From Dendrobates tinctorius (taxonomy: Eukaryota): 64,000 bases of DNA. This document shows, one piece after another, positions 11,345-23,408 of this stretch. Each line of letters opens with the position of its first letter. Within the stretch, counting starts at the first letter, position 1. The position numbers and the translations under genes are program-made. The notes under the pieces are model-generated. The model was given only the letters and a program-made list of their open reading frames with translations. It was not told the DNA's origin and ran no database searches. The DNA lies in contig NW_027361690.1 of the NCBI RefSeq assembly GCF_039654945.1, positions 97,712,001 to 97,776,000 on the forward strand, read 5' to 3'.

Positions 11345-12112
11345 ATGTCCGATGCTACAAATAAAATAATGGGATGCATTAAAAGAGGCATAGATGCTCA
11401 TGAGGAGAACATAATTTTACCTCTATATAAGTCACCAATGCGACCACACTTAGAAAACTGCGTACAGTTCTGGTCTCCGGTGTATAAGAAAGACTTAGCT
11501 GAACTGGAGCGGGTGCAGAGAAGAGCGACCAAGGTTATTAGGGCACTGGGGGGGTCTGCAATACCAAGATAGGTTATTACACTTGGGGCTATTTAGTTTG
11601 GAAAATCGAAGGCTTAGGGGTGATCTTATTACAATGTATAAATATATGCGGGGACAGTACAAAGACCTTGCTAATGATCTTTTTACTCTTAGACCTGTGA
11701 TGGGGACAAGGGGGCATCCTCTACGTCTGGAGGAAAGAAGGTTTAAGCATACTCACAGACGCGGATTCTTTACTGTAAGAGCAGTGAGACTATAGAACGC
11801 TCTGCCATATGATGTTGTAATGAGTGATTCCCTACTAAAATTTAAGAAGGGTCTGGATGCCTTTCTTGAAAAGTATAATATTACAGGGTATATACACTAG
11901 TTTCCTTAATATTGTGTTGATCCAGGGAGCTAGTCTGATTGCCTTATGTGGAGTAGGGAAGGAATTTTTTTCCCCAATGTGAAGCTTACCTTTTGTCACA
12001 TGGGTTTTTTTTGCCTTCCTCTGGATCAACATGTTAGGGAAGGTTAGGATAGGATATGGGTTGAACTAGATGGACTTAAAGTCTTCTTTCAACCTTAGTT
12101 ACTATGTTACAT
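11345..12112 (+). mobile_element. CR1 LINE 3' fragment
   Basis: GCIKRGI...ILPLYKS..RPHLE.CVQFWSP...LERVQRRATK / LFSLE.RRLRGDLIT.YKY...TRGH.LRLEE.RF...GFFTVRAVRL, followed by a CR1 3'UTR and (ACTATGTT)-like tail. Confidence 0.92.
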
Positions 12113-15100
12113 AACTCTGGTTTAACCCTTTCGCGCCTGAGCCTGTTTTTGCCTTCGTGACCAGGCCAATTTTTTCAATTCTGACCAGTGTCACTTTATG
12201 AGGCCATAACTCTAGAACGCTTCAACGGATCCTGCTGATTCTGACATTGTTTTCTCATGACATATTGTACTTCAGGATAGTGGTAAAATTTCTTAGATAT
12301 GAACTGCGCTTATATGTTAAAAAAAAATCGAAATTTGGCAAAAATTTTGAAAATTTTGCAATTTTCAAACTTTTAATTTTTATGCCCTTAAATCAGAGAG
12401 TGATATCGCACAAAATAGTTAATAAATAACATTTCCCACATGTCTACTTTACATCTGCACAATTTTGGAAACATAATTTTTTTTTTTTTTTTAGGAAGTT
12501 ATAAGGGTTAAAAGTTGACCAGCGATTTCTCATTTTTACAACAAAATTTACAACACCATTTTTTTTAGGGACCACCTCACATTTGAAGTGAGTTTGGGGG
12601 GTCAATATGACAGAAAATACCCAAAAGTGACACCATTCTAAAAACTGCACCTCTCAATGTACTCAAAACCACATTCAAGAAGTTTATTAACCCTTCAGGT
12701 GCTTCACATGAATGAATGGAATGTGGAAGGAAAAAATAAACATTTAACTTTTTTTCACAAACATTTTACTTCAGAACCATTTTTTTATTTTCACAAGTGT
12801 AAAAACAGAAAATGAACCACAAAATTTTTTGTGCAATTTCTCCCAAATACGCCGATACCCCATATGTGGGGCTAAACCACTGTTTGAGCACACGGCAGAG
12901 CTCAGAAAGGAAGGAGTGCCGTTTGACTTTTTCAATGCAGAATTAGCTGGAATTGAGATAGGACGCCATGTCGCATTTGGAGAGCCCCTAATGTGCCTAA
13001 ACAGTGGAAACCCCCACAAGTGACCCCATTTTGGAAACTAGACCCCTTAAAGAACTTATCTAGATGTGTCGTGAGCACTTTGAACCCCCAAGTGCTTCAC
13101 AGAAGTTTATAACGTAGAGCCATGAAAATAAAAAATCATTTTTGTTCCACAAACATGATCTTTTAGCCCCCAATTTTTTATTTTCACAAGGGTAACAGGA
13201 GAAATTGGACCCCAAAAGTTGTTGTCCAATTTGTCCTGAGTACACTGGTACCCCATATGTGGAAGAAAACTACTGTTTGGGCACACGGGGGGGCTCGGAA
13301 GGGAAGTAGTGACGTTTTGGAATGCAGACTTTGATGGAATGGTCTGCGGGTGTCATGTCGCGTTTGCAGAGCCCCTGATGTGCCTAAACAGTGGAAATCC
13401 TCCACAAGTGACCCCTTTTTGGAAACTAGACCCCCCCAAGGAACTTATCTAGATGTGTGGTGAGCACTTTGAACCCCCAAGTGTTTCACTAAAGTTTATA
13501 ATGTAGAGCCGTGAAAATAAAAAAATCATTTTTTTTCCACAAAAATGATCTTTTAGCTCCCAATTTTTATTTTCACAAGGGTAACAGGAGAAATTGGACC
13601 CTAAGAGTTGTTGTCCAATTTGTCCTGAGTACACTGGTACCCCACATGTGGGGGGGGACCACTGTTTGGGCACACGGTGGGGCTCGGAAGGGAAGTAGTG
13701 ACGTTCTGGAATGCAGACTTTGATGGAATGGTCTGCGGGCGTCATATTGCATTTACAGAGCCCCTGATGTACCTAAACAGTGGAAACCCCCAATTCGAAT
13801 TCCAACCCTAACCCCAACACACCCCTAACTCTAGCCCTAACCCTAGCCCTAACCCTAGCCCTAGCCTGCCTACCTGCTTTTTTTTCTTTACTTTTTTTTT
13901 ATTTTTGTGTTTTACATTTTTTGTATTTTTGACTCATAGTAACGCCACTTCTCCTCTGATCTCACACTGGCAGATGATCAGAGGAGAAGCAGCGTTACTA
14001 TGTGACAAGATCGCTGCCCGGCACATAGTAACGCCACTTCTCCTCTGATCTCACACTGACAGATGAGCAGAGGTGAAGCAGCGTTACTGTGTGACAAGAT
14101 CGCTGCCTGACACAGCTGTGCCAGGCAGCGATCAGCTGTGCCAGGCAGCGATCTAGTCACACAGTAACGCTGCTTCACCTCTGCTCATCTGTCAGCATGA
14201 GCTCAGAGGAGAAGTCGCGTTATAATGAGGGAGATCGCTGGGAAACAAGCAGCTTTCCCAGCGAGCTCTCTCATTGGCTGCTGTGACGCGACGTCATCAG
14301 GACCTGAACCAATCAGGTCTCGATGACGTCGGGGGTCCCAGCATGCATTGTGCACCGGGATCCCCGCGTTATAAGGTATGAGGGGGTCCCGGGGGGCACA
14401 AAACCGCCGACAGTAGATAAACGTCGGCGCTGCACAAAGCCCAGCAAGCGCCAACGTTTATCTACTATGGGCGGTCGCGAAGAGGTTAAAGGGAATCTGG
14501 TTTAAAGGGGTTTAAGAAGGAGGATGTCATCTCTAGCAGATGGGAGGTGCCGGACCGGACTGCGCCATCCATCGGACCGGACCGGACTTTTTCGCCAAAT
14601 TTCTGTTTTTTTCACAAATAAACGCAATAGTTATTTACATAAATTTACCACTAACATGAAGCCCAATATGTCACGAAAAAAACAAATCTCAGAATCACTG
14701 GGATCCATTGAAGCGTTCCTGAGTTATTACCTCATAAAAGGACACTGCTCAGAATTGCAAAAAATGGCCATGTCATTAAGGTCAAAATAGGCTGGGTCAT
14801 GAAGGGGTTAACTGTGGTTGATCAGAAGGGAGCGGGCATTTGGATTTGGGTGCACAGATTTAGCCACATTTCTTTTGGGGGTGAGGAGCTGTAGCGCTTT
14901 TTCAGAGCCTTTGTACTACCAGTAACGTGGAAGCCCCCTATATTTCCATTAATAGATGATGGACTTGGGTGGGGACTTGTTTTTTGTGGATTGATATGAA
15001 GCTTTTGTAGGGAACATTTTACATAATATTTGGGATCATGTTCATCCTGTTCTCAACGCTGAACACTTACATCGGGGTTTACATCTAAATCTTCGAGTGA

Positions 15101-15928
15101 TGGAATTCAGATGAGACGTACTATAATGTGGCAGCAGAGTTAGGGCGCCGTTACACGCTTCAATGTCCCAGCGATCCCACCAACGATCCGACGTGGATGG
15201 GATCGCTGGGACATAGACTCACCAGCGATCAGGACCAGTGAGCACGCTGGTATCCAGGGTAAACAGCAGGTAACTAAGTGCCGTGCGGCGCTTAGTTACC
15301 CGCTGTTTACCCTGGATGATACCTGCTCCCATCGTCTGCTGTATGGCGCTGGGAGCTCGCTGATCGCTGGTCTCTCGCTGTCACACGCAGCGAAGTGTGC
15401 TGCCCAGCGGGAGACCAATGATGGATTTATGGCCCAGACCATTAGGCAGTGTTTTAGCTGACTTTTTGTACATTGGGATGATAAAGCATAGTTTTTTGCC
15501 TCATTTTTTTTTTTCTACAGTGTTCACTGAAGGTTTTAACTAGTGGGACAGTTTATAGGTTGGGTTGTACTTTTTTTTTTCGTTTACATAAATAAACTTT
15601 ATTGGATTAATATTCTGTTTTCGGTCCTTTTTTTTTTTTTTTTAAAAATACTTCCACAATTTTTATTAATTTTTTTTTCTACTTCTTTATATTGTCCCAG
15701 GATGGGACATCAACTGTACTGTATAATGACAGATCGCTGACCTAATACTCTGCAATGCTTCTGCACTGCAAAGCATTAGAACAGCCCCTGACATGCAGGG
15801 AGGAGGAGTGTCAGCTTGTGCTCTCAGAATGAGCCGACAGGCCACAGTCCCTGGGTGACCCCTCGGCCATCTTGAGGCCCAGGGTCACCATGAAGACCAT
15901 CGACAACGTGATCACATGGCCGTATCTA

Positions 15929-17530
15929 CAGTGGGGCAAAAAAGTATTTAGTCAGTCAGCAATAGTGCAAGTTCCACCACTTAAAAGATGAGAGGCGTCT
16001 GTAATTTACATCATAGGTAGACCTCAACTATGGGAGACAAACTGAGAAAAAAAAATCCAGAAAATCACATTGTCTGTTTTTTTTTCATTTTATTTGCATA
16101 TTATGGTGGAAAATAAGTATTTGGTCAGAAACAAGCAATCAAGATTTCTGGCTCTCACAGACCTGTAACTTCTTCTTTAAGAGTCTCCTCTTTCCTCCAC
16201 TCATTACCTGTAGTAATGGCACCTGTTTAAACTTGTTATCAGTATAAAAAGACACCTGTGCACACCCTCAAACAGTCTGACTCCAAACTCCACTATGGTG
16301 AAGACCAAAGAGCTGTCAAAGGACACCAGAAACAAAATTGTAGCCCTGCACCAGGCTGGGAAGACTGAATCTGCAATAGCCAACCAGCTTGGAGTGAAGA
16401 AATGAACTGTGGGAGCAATAATTAGAAAATGGAAGACATACAAGACCACTGATAATCTCCCTCGATCTGGTGCTCCACGCAAAATCCCACCCCGTGGGGT
16501 CAGAATGATCACAAGAACGGTGAGCAAAAATCCCAGAACCACGCGGGGGGACCTAGTGAATGAACTGCAGAGAGCTGGGACCAATGTAACAAGGCCTACC
16601 ATAAGTAACACACTACGCCACCATGGACTCAGATCCTGCAGTGCCAGACGTGTCCCACTGCTTAAGCCTGTACATGTCCGGGCCCATCTGAAGTTTGCTA
16701 GAGAGCATTTGGATGATCCAGAGGAGTTTTGGGAGAATGTCCTATGGTCTGATGAAACCAAACTGGAACTGTTTGGTAGAAACACAACTTGTCGTGTTTG
16801 GAGGAAAAAGAATACTGAGTTGCATCCATCAAACACCATACCTACTGTAAAGCATGGTGGTGGAAACATCATGCTTTGGGGCTGTTTCTCTGCAAAGGGG
16901 CCAGGACGACTGATCCGGGTACATGAAAGAATGAATGGGGCCATGTATCGTGAGATTTTGAGTGCAAACCTCCTTCCATCAGCAAGGGCATTGAAGATGA
17001 AACGTGGCTGGGTCTTTCAACATGACAATGATCCAAAGCACACCGCCAGGGCAACGAAGGAGTGGCTTCGTAAGAAGCATTTCAAGGTCCTGGAGTGGCC
17101 TAGCCAGTCTCCAGATCTCAACCCTATAGAAAACCTTTGGAGGGAGTTGAAAGTCCGTGTTGCCAAACGAAAAGCCAAAAACATCACTGCTCTAGAGATC
17201 TGCATGGAGGAATGGGCCAACATACCAACAACAGTGTGTGGCAACCTTGTGAAGACTTACAGAAAACGTTTGACCTCTGTCATTGCCAACAAAGGATATA
17301 TCACAAAGTATTGAGATGAAATTTTGTTTCTGACCAAATACTTATTTTCCACCATAATATGCAAATAAAATGAAAAAAAAACAGACAATGTGATTTTCTG
17401 GATTTTTTTTTCTCAGTTTGTCTCCCATAGTTGAGGTCTACCTATGATGTAAATTACAGACGCCTCTCATCTTTTTAAGTGGTGGAACTTGCACTATTGC
17501 TGACTGACTAAATACGTTTTTGCCCCACTG
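15929..17530 (+). mobile_element. Full-length Tc1 transposon of the same family, inactivated
   Basis: TA TSDs at 15927-15928 and 17531-17532, same ~200-bp TIRs, near-identical to 61351-62956. Confidence 0.97.
16295..17314 (+). pseudogene. Tc1 transposase with premature stop
   Basis: ATG at 16295; TCA>TGA at codon 37 (16403-16405); one-codon deletion (ALEIC vs ALEEIC) relative to the intact copy. Confidence 0.93.
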
Positions 17531-17876
17531 TATATGGTGGTTTGTGGTAACGCAGCTCCCAGGGCACCGTATATATACGGCGCATGTCGAGAAGGGGTTA
17601 ATATAAACCATAAAAATATATCAAAAAAATAAATCTGTGTGCAACTGAAAATAAAATTCCGTTTTATGCATACTAATTAGATTTTACGCCAAATAAAAAG
17701 AAAATTGATGTAATACATTACATAGACACTAAAACTGAACACCTTCTCCAACCACCCAGATTTCTCCCAACCCAGGGTGCTTTGCATGCAGGGCCCCAAA
17801 GTGCCCATTCTGGATAGAGTGCAACATTTCCAATCTCGCACCACTGGTACAATGTTTAAAATTAACTGCCGAGTAA

Positions 17877-18270
17877 GGGTACCGTTACACCTAGCGATGC
17901 ACCAGCGATCCCGACCAGCGATATGACGCGGTCAGGATCGCTGGTGCATCGCTAGGTGGTCGCTAGTGAGCTGCCACACAGGCAGATCTCACCAGCGACA
18001 TAGCAGCGGTTGGGGGTCGCTACTTACCTGTCAGACGCGGCGATCCTGCGTCCTCCCGCCCGGCTCCACGCGTCGCTCATCGGCGCCACAGGAAGCGCCC
18101 GACGAGAAATGGTCCAGGAGCTTCTCGCGCGATCAGCGATAACCAGCGGGGGAGCCGGTCGGAGGTAAGTATCACATGCAGCGATATCGCTAGCAATATC
18201 GCTGCAACGTCACAAAATCGGTGACTTTACAGTGATATTGCTAGCGATATCGCAGTGTGTAACGGGGGCT
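17877..18270. mobile_element. Harbinger-like palindromic MITE
   Basis: TAA|GGGTACCGTTACAC...GTGTAACGGGGGCT|TTA; a closely related copy lies in opposite orientation at about 39557-39963. Confidence 0.75.
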
Positions 18271-18272
18271 TT

Positions 18273-19070
18273 ACTTGTCCATCAAGCTACGTTGTCTATC
18301 TGATCGAATGTGACTGTGGGTTACAGTACGTGGGTTGGACGATACAGGCTATGTACAATAGACTCAAACACCGTCAGAATATAAAAAACAGATTTTTACT
18401 GCATAGCCTCTCTAAACACTTCCTTTTAGTACATAATAAAAATCCAAGTTCATTGAAACTCATGATCATAGATCACACTCGTGATGACATAGCAAACCGA
18501 TATGACAATCTAATCAGAAGCGAGAGTTTTGGGATCTTTAAACTTGGCACTCTGGCTCCAGAGGGGTTAAATCTCACAACTGAGAAAACTAATTAAGGTC
18601 TGCTGGATTTCTAGGGTCATTTCAAGTTATATGCTTTTTGGGTGTTGACCACTTTTATCTTGCATCTTTTATTATTGTGTGTTTGTTTTTACTTTTTGCG
18701 CAATGATTTTTATTGCTTTTATCTGCACTACTTTGTTGTAATTATGCATGATGTCATTAATTGTTCGTAGTTTCCCATTGGTTATTGCCCTTTTAAATAT
18801 CTGCCCCCATATACTGTTCATATTGCCACTTGAGGAAGACAGAACTTGTCTGTCGAAACGCATTGTGGACCATCTAAAAAAAAAAAAAAAATAATAAGAA
18901 TTGCTAATATTCTCATCCCCCTTGTTTTGCGTTCCTTTGGACCGGGTCACCAAGCTCTGCAACCCTTTTTTTACCTCTTCTGAGGCACCCTGCTGGAGCT
19001 GCATCTCATACCCTAATTCACGCATGGCTGGTGCTCCTAACTGACTGTCTTCTACTTTTCTTGGACTAAA
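18273..19070 (+). mobile_element. Penelope-like element 3' fragment (GIY-YIG endonuclease plus hammerhead-containing tail)
   Basis: TCPSSYVVYLIECDCGLQYVG.T...NR.KH...I....HSLSKHF...H...E...IFKLGTLAPEGLN in ORF 18255..18596; hammerhead motif at 18826-18868. Confidence 0.85.
18826..18868 (+). ncRNA. Minimal hammerhead motif, partly decayed
   Basis: Stem I CCAC/GUGG, UUGAGGA-A, stem II GACAGA/UCUGUC, GAAACGCAUU; lies downstream of a GIY-YIG ORF. Confidence 0.72.
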
Positions 19071-20228
19071 ACTGAACATGACATACTACCAAATGAAGTG
19101 AATTGAAGGAAACGATGACCTTTTTGGTAGCATAAGTCCGAGTTGCCATCTTCTAGCCCGTGGTTAGTGCGATCTCTGCTCAAGCAGGAACCACTAGGGA
19201 CTGCGAGGTCAGGATCTCCAGTCTGTACAGGAATCAGTAGTGTCAATTGCAGTATTTAGATTGCGTGGCGGGGTGGCTCAAAGAATTGATCAATTGTTTG
19301 CTAAATGTCTCTTTTGAAAGCACAGTTAGAAATCAATATGTGCACTTTATGTATTGCGTTCTGACCATAGGCAGCGCTGGCTTCTCCTCTTTTTTATAGT
19401 ATTTAGATTTACCTATTATGCCAAGTGAGTAGCGACTCTAGCATAACAATCCCTTAGTTTCCTTGGAGCAGCAGTTGTGACCCAATCAGACTTTTTAGAT
19501 TAGCAATGTAGCAGAGCTGAGAAAGCTAATCCCGCCCACACCAGGCTCTGTATCCACAGCAATAGACAGTGAGCTGCTTATCAAAGAAGGGGGTGGAGTT
19601 GGACTATCAGACCTTGTGTGTTCCAGCAATGATGAGCTCCTGGTGCTAAAACAACAAAAGCACAGGGCTTGATAAGAAAGACATGTCTTCAGATTAGGTG
19701 CTTTTGCATACACAATAGAGGGGGCTTTCAGGCCACAATTGGCCCAATTGTGAATCCTTGTGAATTTAAATGCCAATGATTTTTAAAGATGTTTTCTATT
19801 TGCTTATACTGGGGTATGTTTCTTGTTTGAGCAGTCCACCATCTGGGGTACAGCATTTACATGCTGACACTCTTTAGTCTTTCCCTAGTTGCATTTATTT
19901 TTCTGCCTATTCAAGGCTAACCACTGGGTCCTCCTTTTATGCACATTGCATCACAATTACACATAACCTGAATGTCCTCACACCTATTCAGGTGCAGTAC
20001 CCTGTTCATTTACATTCCTACAATGCTTACAGATCCTTTGCCACTTTGGTATTTAACACTATTACAGCTATGAATTTTGTATTATCATTTTCTTTGCAAG
20101 AACAATAGTTGTCACCTTATGAACTTTTTTTTGTTATTATGAGTGACTAAACACACATGCCACTTCATTTTTGTAGCCATATGATTCATTTTTTTTTCTG
20201 CACATATGCAATAGCACCTTATCCTACC

Positions 20229-21250
20229 TGTCACGTGAACTCGTCCTGTGTGACACGACCCGCAGGTCGGTAACTAAAACAAGACACGGCACGGGGGAAA
20301 GGGAAACAATTACAATGGTGGCCCTGCGATAGGGAACGAGGACGTGGAGACCTCCTGCACTCCCCTGAGTCAGTGTCTCTACACTCCTAACGATCCCTAG
20401 GCCGCTTCCGCACCGGGTGCCGATCAGGATACCTGAAATCCCTAGCTTGCCCTGATCCAGTCCCTTACTAGTGAAGTGGACGGTGCAGAAACTAATTCCA
20501 CCACTGCACTAAAACACACATTGAGGAAAGTGACAAACAGGGAAACACCAGTTAGCTTTGCTCTATTGCTAATGCTCCCAGCAACAGAGTCTGACACCTG
20601 AGTGCATCTATTCCTCCAACCGGATCCAACACCTGAGCGCAGCTTTCCAGCAACAGAGTCCAGCATCCGAGTGCAGCTTTCCAGCAACAGAGTCCAGCAT
20701 CCGAGTGCAGCTTTCCAGCAACAGAGTCCAGCATCCGAGTGCAGATTTCCAGCAACAGAGTCCAGCTTCTGAGTGCAGCTTTCACCATAGCTGCCACTCC
20801 ACCAATCTTTGCAAGAACTCCTCGCTGACACCATAGCTGCCACTCCACCAAGCTTTGCAAGAACTGCTCGCTGACACCATAGCTGCCACTCCACCAAGCT
20901 TTGCAAGAACTCCACACTGACACCATAGCTGCCACTCCAGGATTCTGACTGATCTGCCCGGGACTCCTCTCAAGTTCCTTCCTTCACCAAGGATGTTTGG
21001 AAAAGAGCAATATCACCAACAGTGAGTGAACACACCTGACACTCCTTTATAGGAAAGCCAGAGCAAAAACACCTGCTAGTGATTCCCATGTAATAACGCT
21101 AGCTGCCACCGGGGGCAAACTAGAACAAAAGACACCACTGTGCAATAACCCTAATGGCCACCGGGGGCAAAACTAACCCTGAGCAAACAGCTCAAAGGAA
21201 AAAAAGGTCACTTGTTCAAAACCTGTCAGTATCCAACCTGGATCATGACA
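20229..21250. mobile_element. Solo LTR with internal minisatellites
   Basis: TGTCA...TGACA termini with 5-bp TSD CTACC (20224-20228, 21251-21255); 34-bp tandem repeat about 20575-20782 and 46-bp tandem repeat 20783-20940. Confidence 0.85.
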
Positions 21251-21801
21251 CTACCTGTTTACTAGGGACATGTTATTCTAATTTTTTTACCATATTGATC
21301 GTATAAATTTGCTCTTCCCATCACCACTATGGTGTATATATAAAACTTATTTGCTCAGGTGCCATGTGAACCCATTTTTTTAATTTTATGTAATATTTTG
21401 CTAGCTATTTTAACTATTTAAATTATATTTTTTTTTGTACTTCCCTCTTCTTTGATTCTATTTGGTTACACTGTGGAATAAACAGTAACATCAATTTAGC
21501 TATACTTTTTACTATTGCTTAGAGCATGGTCTAAGAGGCTTCTGTCAGTGCAGCACTGACAGGTATAATGCCCTGCAATACTGGTGCATTGCCATACATT
21601 ATACCAGAGATAAGACTAATAAAGGTTAAAGTCCCATAGAAGGACTAAGGGCCCCGTCACACATAGCAAAGCACCAGCGATCCCGACAACCATATGACCT
21701 TCAGAAAGTTGTGGGAAGCAGGGTGTGTTGCAGTCCGCGATGCAGAGATTCACAAATCACCTGGGATACAAGATGTTGTAGCAGTGTACTCCTTTATTTC
21801 C

Positions 21802-21843
21802 TCCTATGCGTTTCGGCGCCCTTCCTGGCACCTTCCTCAGGGA
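21802..21843 (-). ncRNA. Minimal type I hammerhead ribozyme motif (mirror copy)
   Basis: Reverse-complement copy of 21846-21887 in the other arm of the palindrome, with GAAACGCAUA in place of GAAACACGUA. Confidence 0.75.
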
Positions 21844-21845
21844 TA

Positions 21846-21887
21846 TCCCTGAGGAAGGTGCCAGGAAGGGCGCCGAAACACGTAGGA
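21846..21887 (+). ncRNA. Minimal type I hammerhead ribozyme motif
   Basis: Stem I UCC/GGA, core CUGAGGA-A, stem II GGUGCC/GGCGCC, GAAA, short stem III, GUA cleavage triplet. Confidence 0.8.
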
Positions 21888-23077
21888 GGAAATAAAGGAG
21901 TACACTGCTACAACATCTTGTATCCCAGGTGATTTGTGAATCTCGGCAGCGCGGACTGCAACACACCCTGCTTCCCACAACTTTCTGAAGGTTTTTCCAC
22001 GTGCGAGTGGTTGGTGGAGGTCCTGCAGCAGCTGATTCTGTGATATGCTCTCAAGCCAGTTGTGGGTTACACAACTGGAATAGGTGAGTGGAACTGTATT
22101 ATACCGCTCATACTTCAAGTGTCACTTGTGATAGGGCACTATTGCGCCTCTTGTTCCCCCCACCATTTTTTGTATTAACGATATGACCTTGTCAGGATAT
22201 CAGCACCAGCGACATGTGGGTAACAAGCGATGCACGTCGCTTAGTTACCAGCGTGCTGGTGCAGGGAGCTGGTAACCAAGGTACACATCGGGTTTCTAAG
22301 CGGCGCGCAGCACTTAAAAACCCGATGTGTACCTTAGTTACCAGCTCCCTGCACCAGCACGCTGGTAACTAAGGTACACATCGGGTTTCTAAGTGCTGCG
22401 CGCCGCTTAGAAACCCGATGTTTACCTTAGTTACCAGCGGCAGCTCGCTGGTCTCCCGCCTGTCACATGCAGCGATGCGTGCTGGCCAGCGGGAGACCAG
22501 TGATCACAAAAATGTCCTGGCGATTCCAGGACGATCAGCGATAACCGGCAGGGGGGCCGGTCGCTGATAGGTGTCACACACAGTGATCTCACTGGCGAGA
22601 TCGCTGTTGCGTCACAAAACTTGTGACTCAGCAGCGATCTCGCTAGCAAGATTGCTATGTGTGATGGGGGCTTAAGTAAAAAAATTAAAAAAAAGTTAAC
22701 AAAAATTGGAAAATATTTTAAAAATGTAAACCATTAAAACAGGTATTGTTCGGTAAAATTTTTAAAAAAACACACAATTGGTATCGCTGTGTCTCGCCTT
22801 TCACACTTTTTAAACCCTTCTGTGAAAGCTGTAAAAAAAAAATTAAACAAAAAACATGGCAAAAAAAAAGCTTTTTCATCATTCCGCTGATCAAAAAATG
22901 GAATAAAATGTGATCAAAAAGGCTAATGTAAATATAAATGGTATTCCTGAAAAAGTCATCTTGTCCAGCAAAACAAGCAGCAGTACAGCTTCGTTAGCGG
23001 AGAAATAAAAAAAACTTATAGCTCATAGAATAGAACGATGCAAAAACAATTATTTTTTCTGGCTGTTACCCAGTTAA

Positions 23078-23408
23078 GGCCAGGTTCACATTGCCTTAGG
23101 TCAGTTCGTTCAACGTATGTGTTAAAAACGCTAACGCTACTTCTTATTTTGATTGCGTTATGCGATCGCGCTACCGCAGCTGCTCCATCTGCGATAGCAG
23201 TGACGGACCCTCGAACGCTGCAGACTGCGTCCGAGGGTCCGTCACAGAATGACGGCACATCGCTAGCGCATGACGATTATGAGATGCGTTAGCGATGCGC
23301 TCATCTATAGCAGTCTATGGGTGCATTAATGCATCCGTTACATAGCGTTAATGCCACTATGTAGCGGATGCGTTAAACGCAGCACCCTAACGCAATGTGA
23401 ACCCAGCC
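23078..23408. mobile_element. Harbinger-like MITE
   Basis: TAA|GGCCAGGTTCACATTGC ... GCAATGTGAACCCAGCC|TTA. Related GGG/GGC-TATGTGCACAC MITEs occur at about 23999-24325, 28547-28914, 40131-40413, 42186-42563 and 47500-48443. Confidence 0.75.

Larger units (their letters stand above)
9491..14811. mobile_element. Nested TTAA-flanked (piggyBac-like) non-autonomous elements with internal satellite-like units
   Basis: TTAACCCCTT at 9491, TTAACCCTTT at 12122, AAGAGGTTAA near 14480-14489, AAGGGGTTAA near 14802-14811; repeated units of roughly 390 bp at 12770-13790; long internal inverted repeat at 9750-11340. Confidence 0.6.
21702..22180. mobile_element. Non-coding hammerhead-bearing insertion with ~296-bp palindrome and 10-bp TSD, inside a MITE
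   Basis: ATATGACCTT at 21692-21701 and 22181-22190; palindrome 21697-21992 centred on GATATC; host MITE about 21649-22672. Confidence 0.78.

Noticed and set aside
16204-16944. 246-aa ORF antisense to the Tc1 transposase (also 61940..62680)
   Set aside because: Shadow ORF on the opposite strand of the transposase; present twice only because the element is duplicated; no recognisable domain.
20442-20973. Repetitive ORFs, or a possible CRISPR-like array
   Set aside because: Head-to-tail 34-bp and 46-bp minisatellites in a solo LTR with no unique spacers; eukaryotic context.
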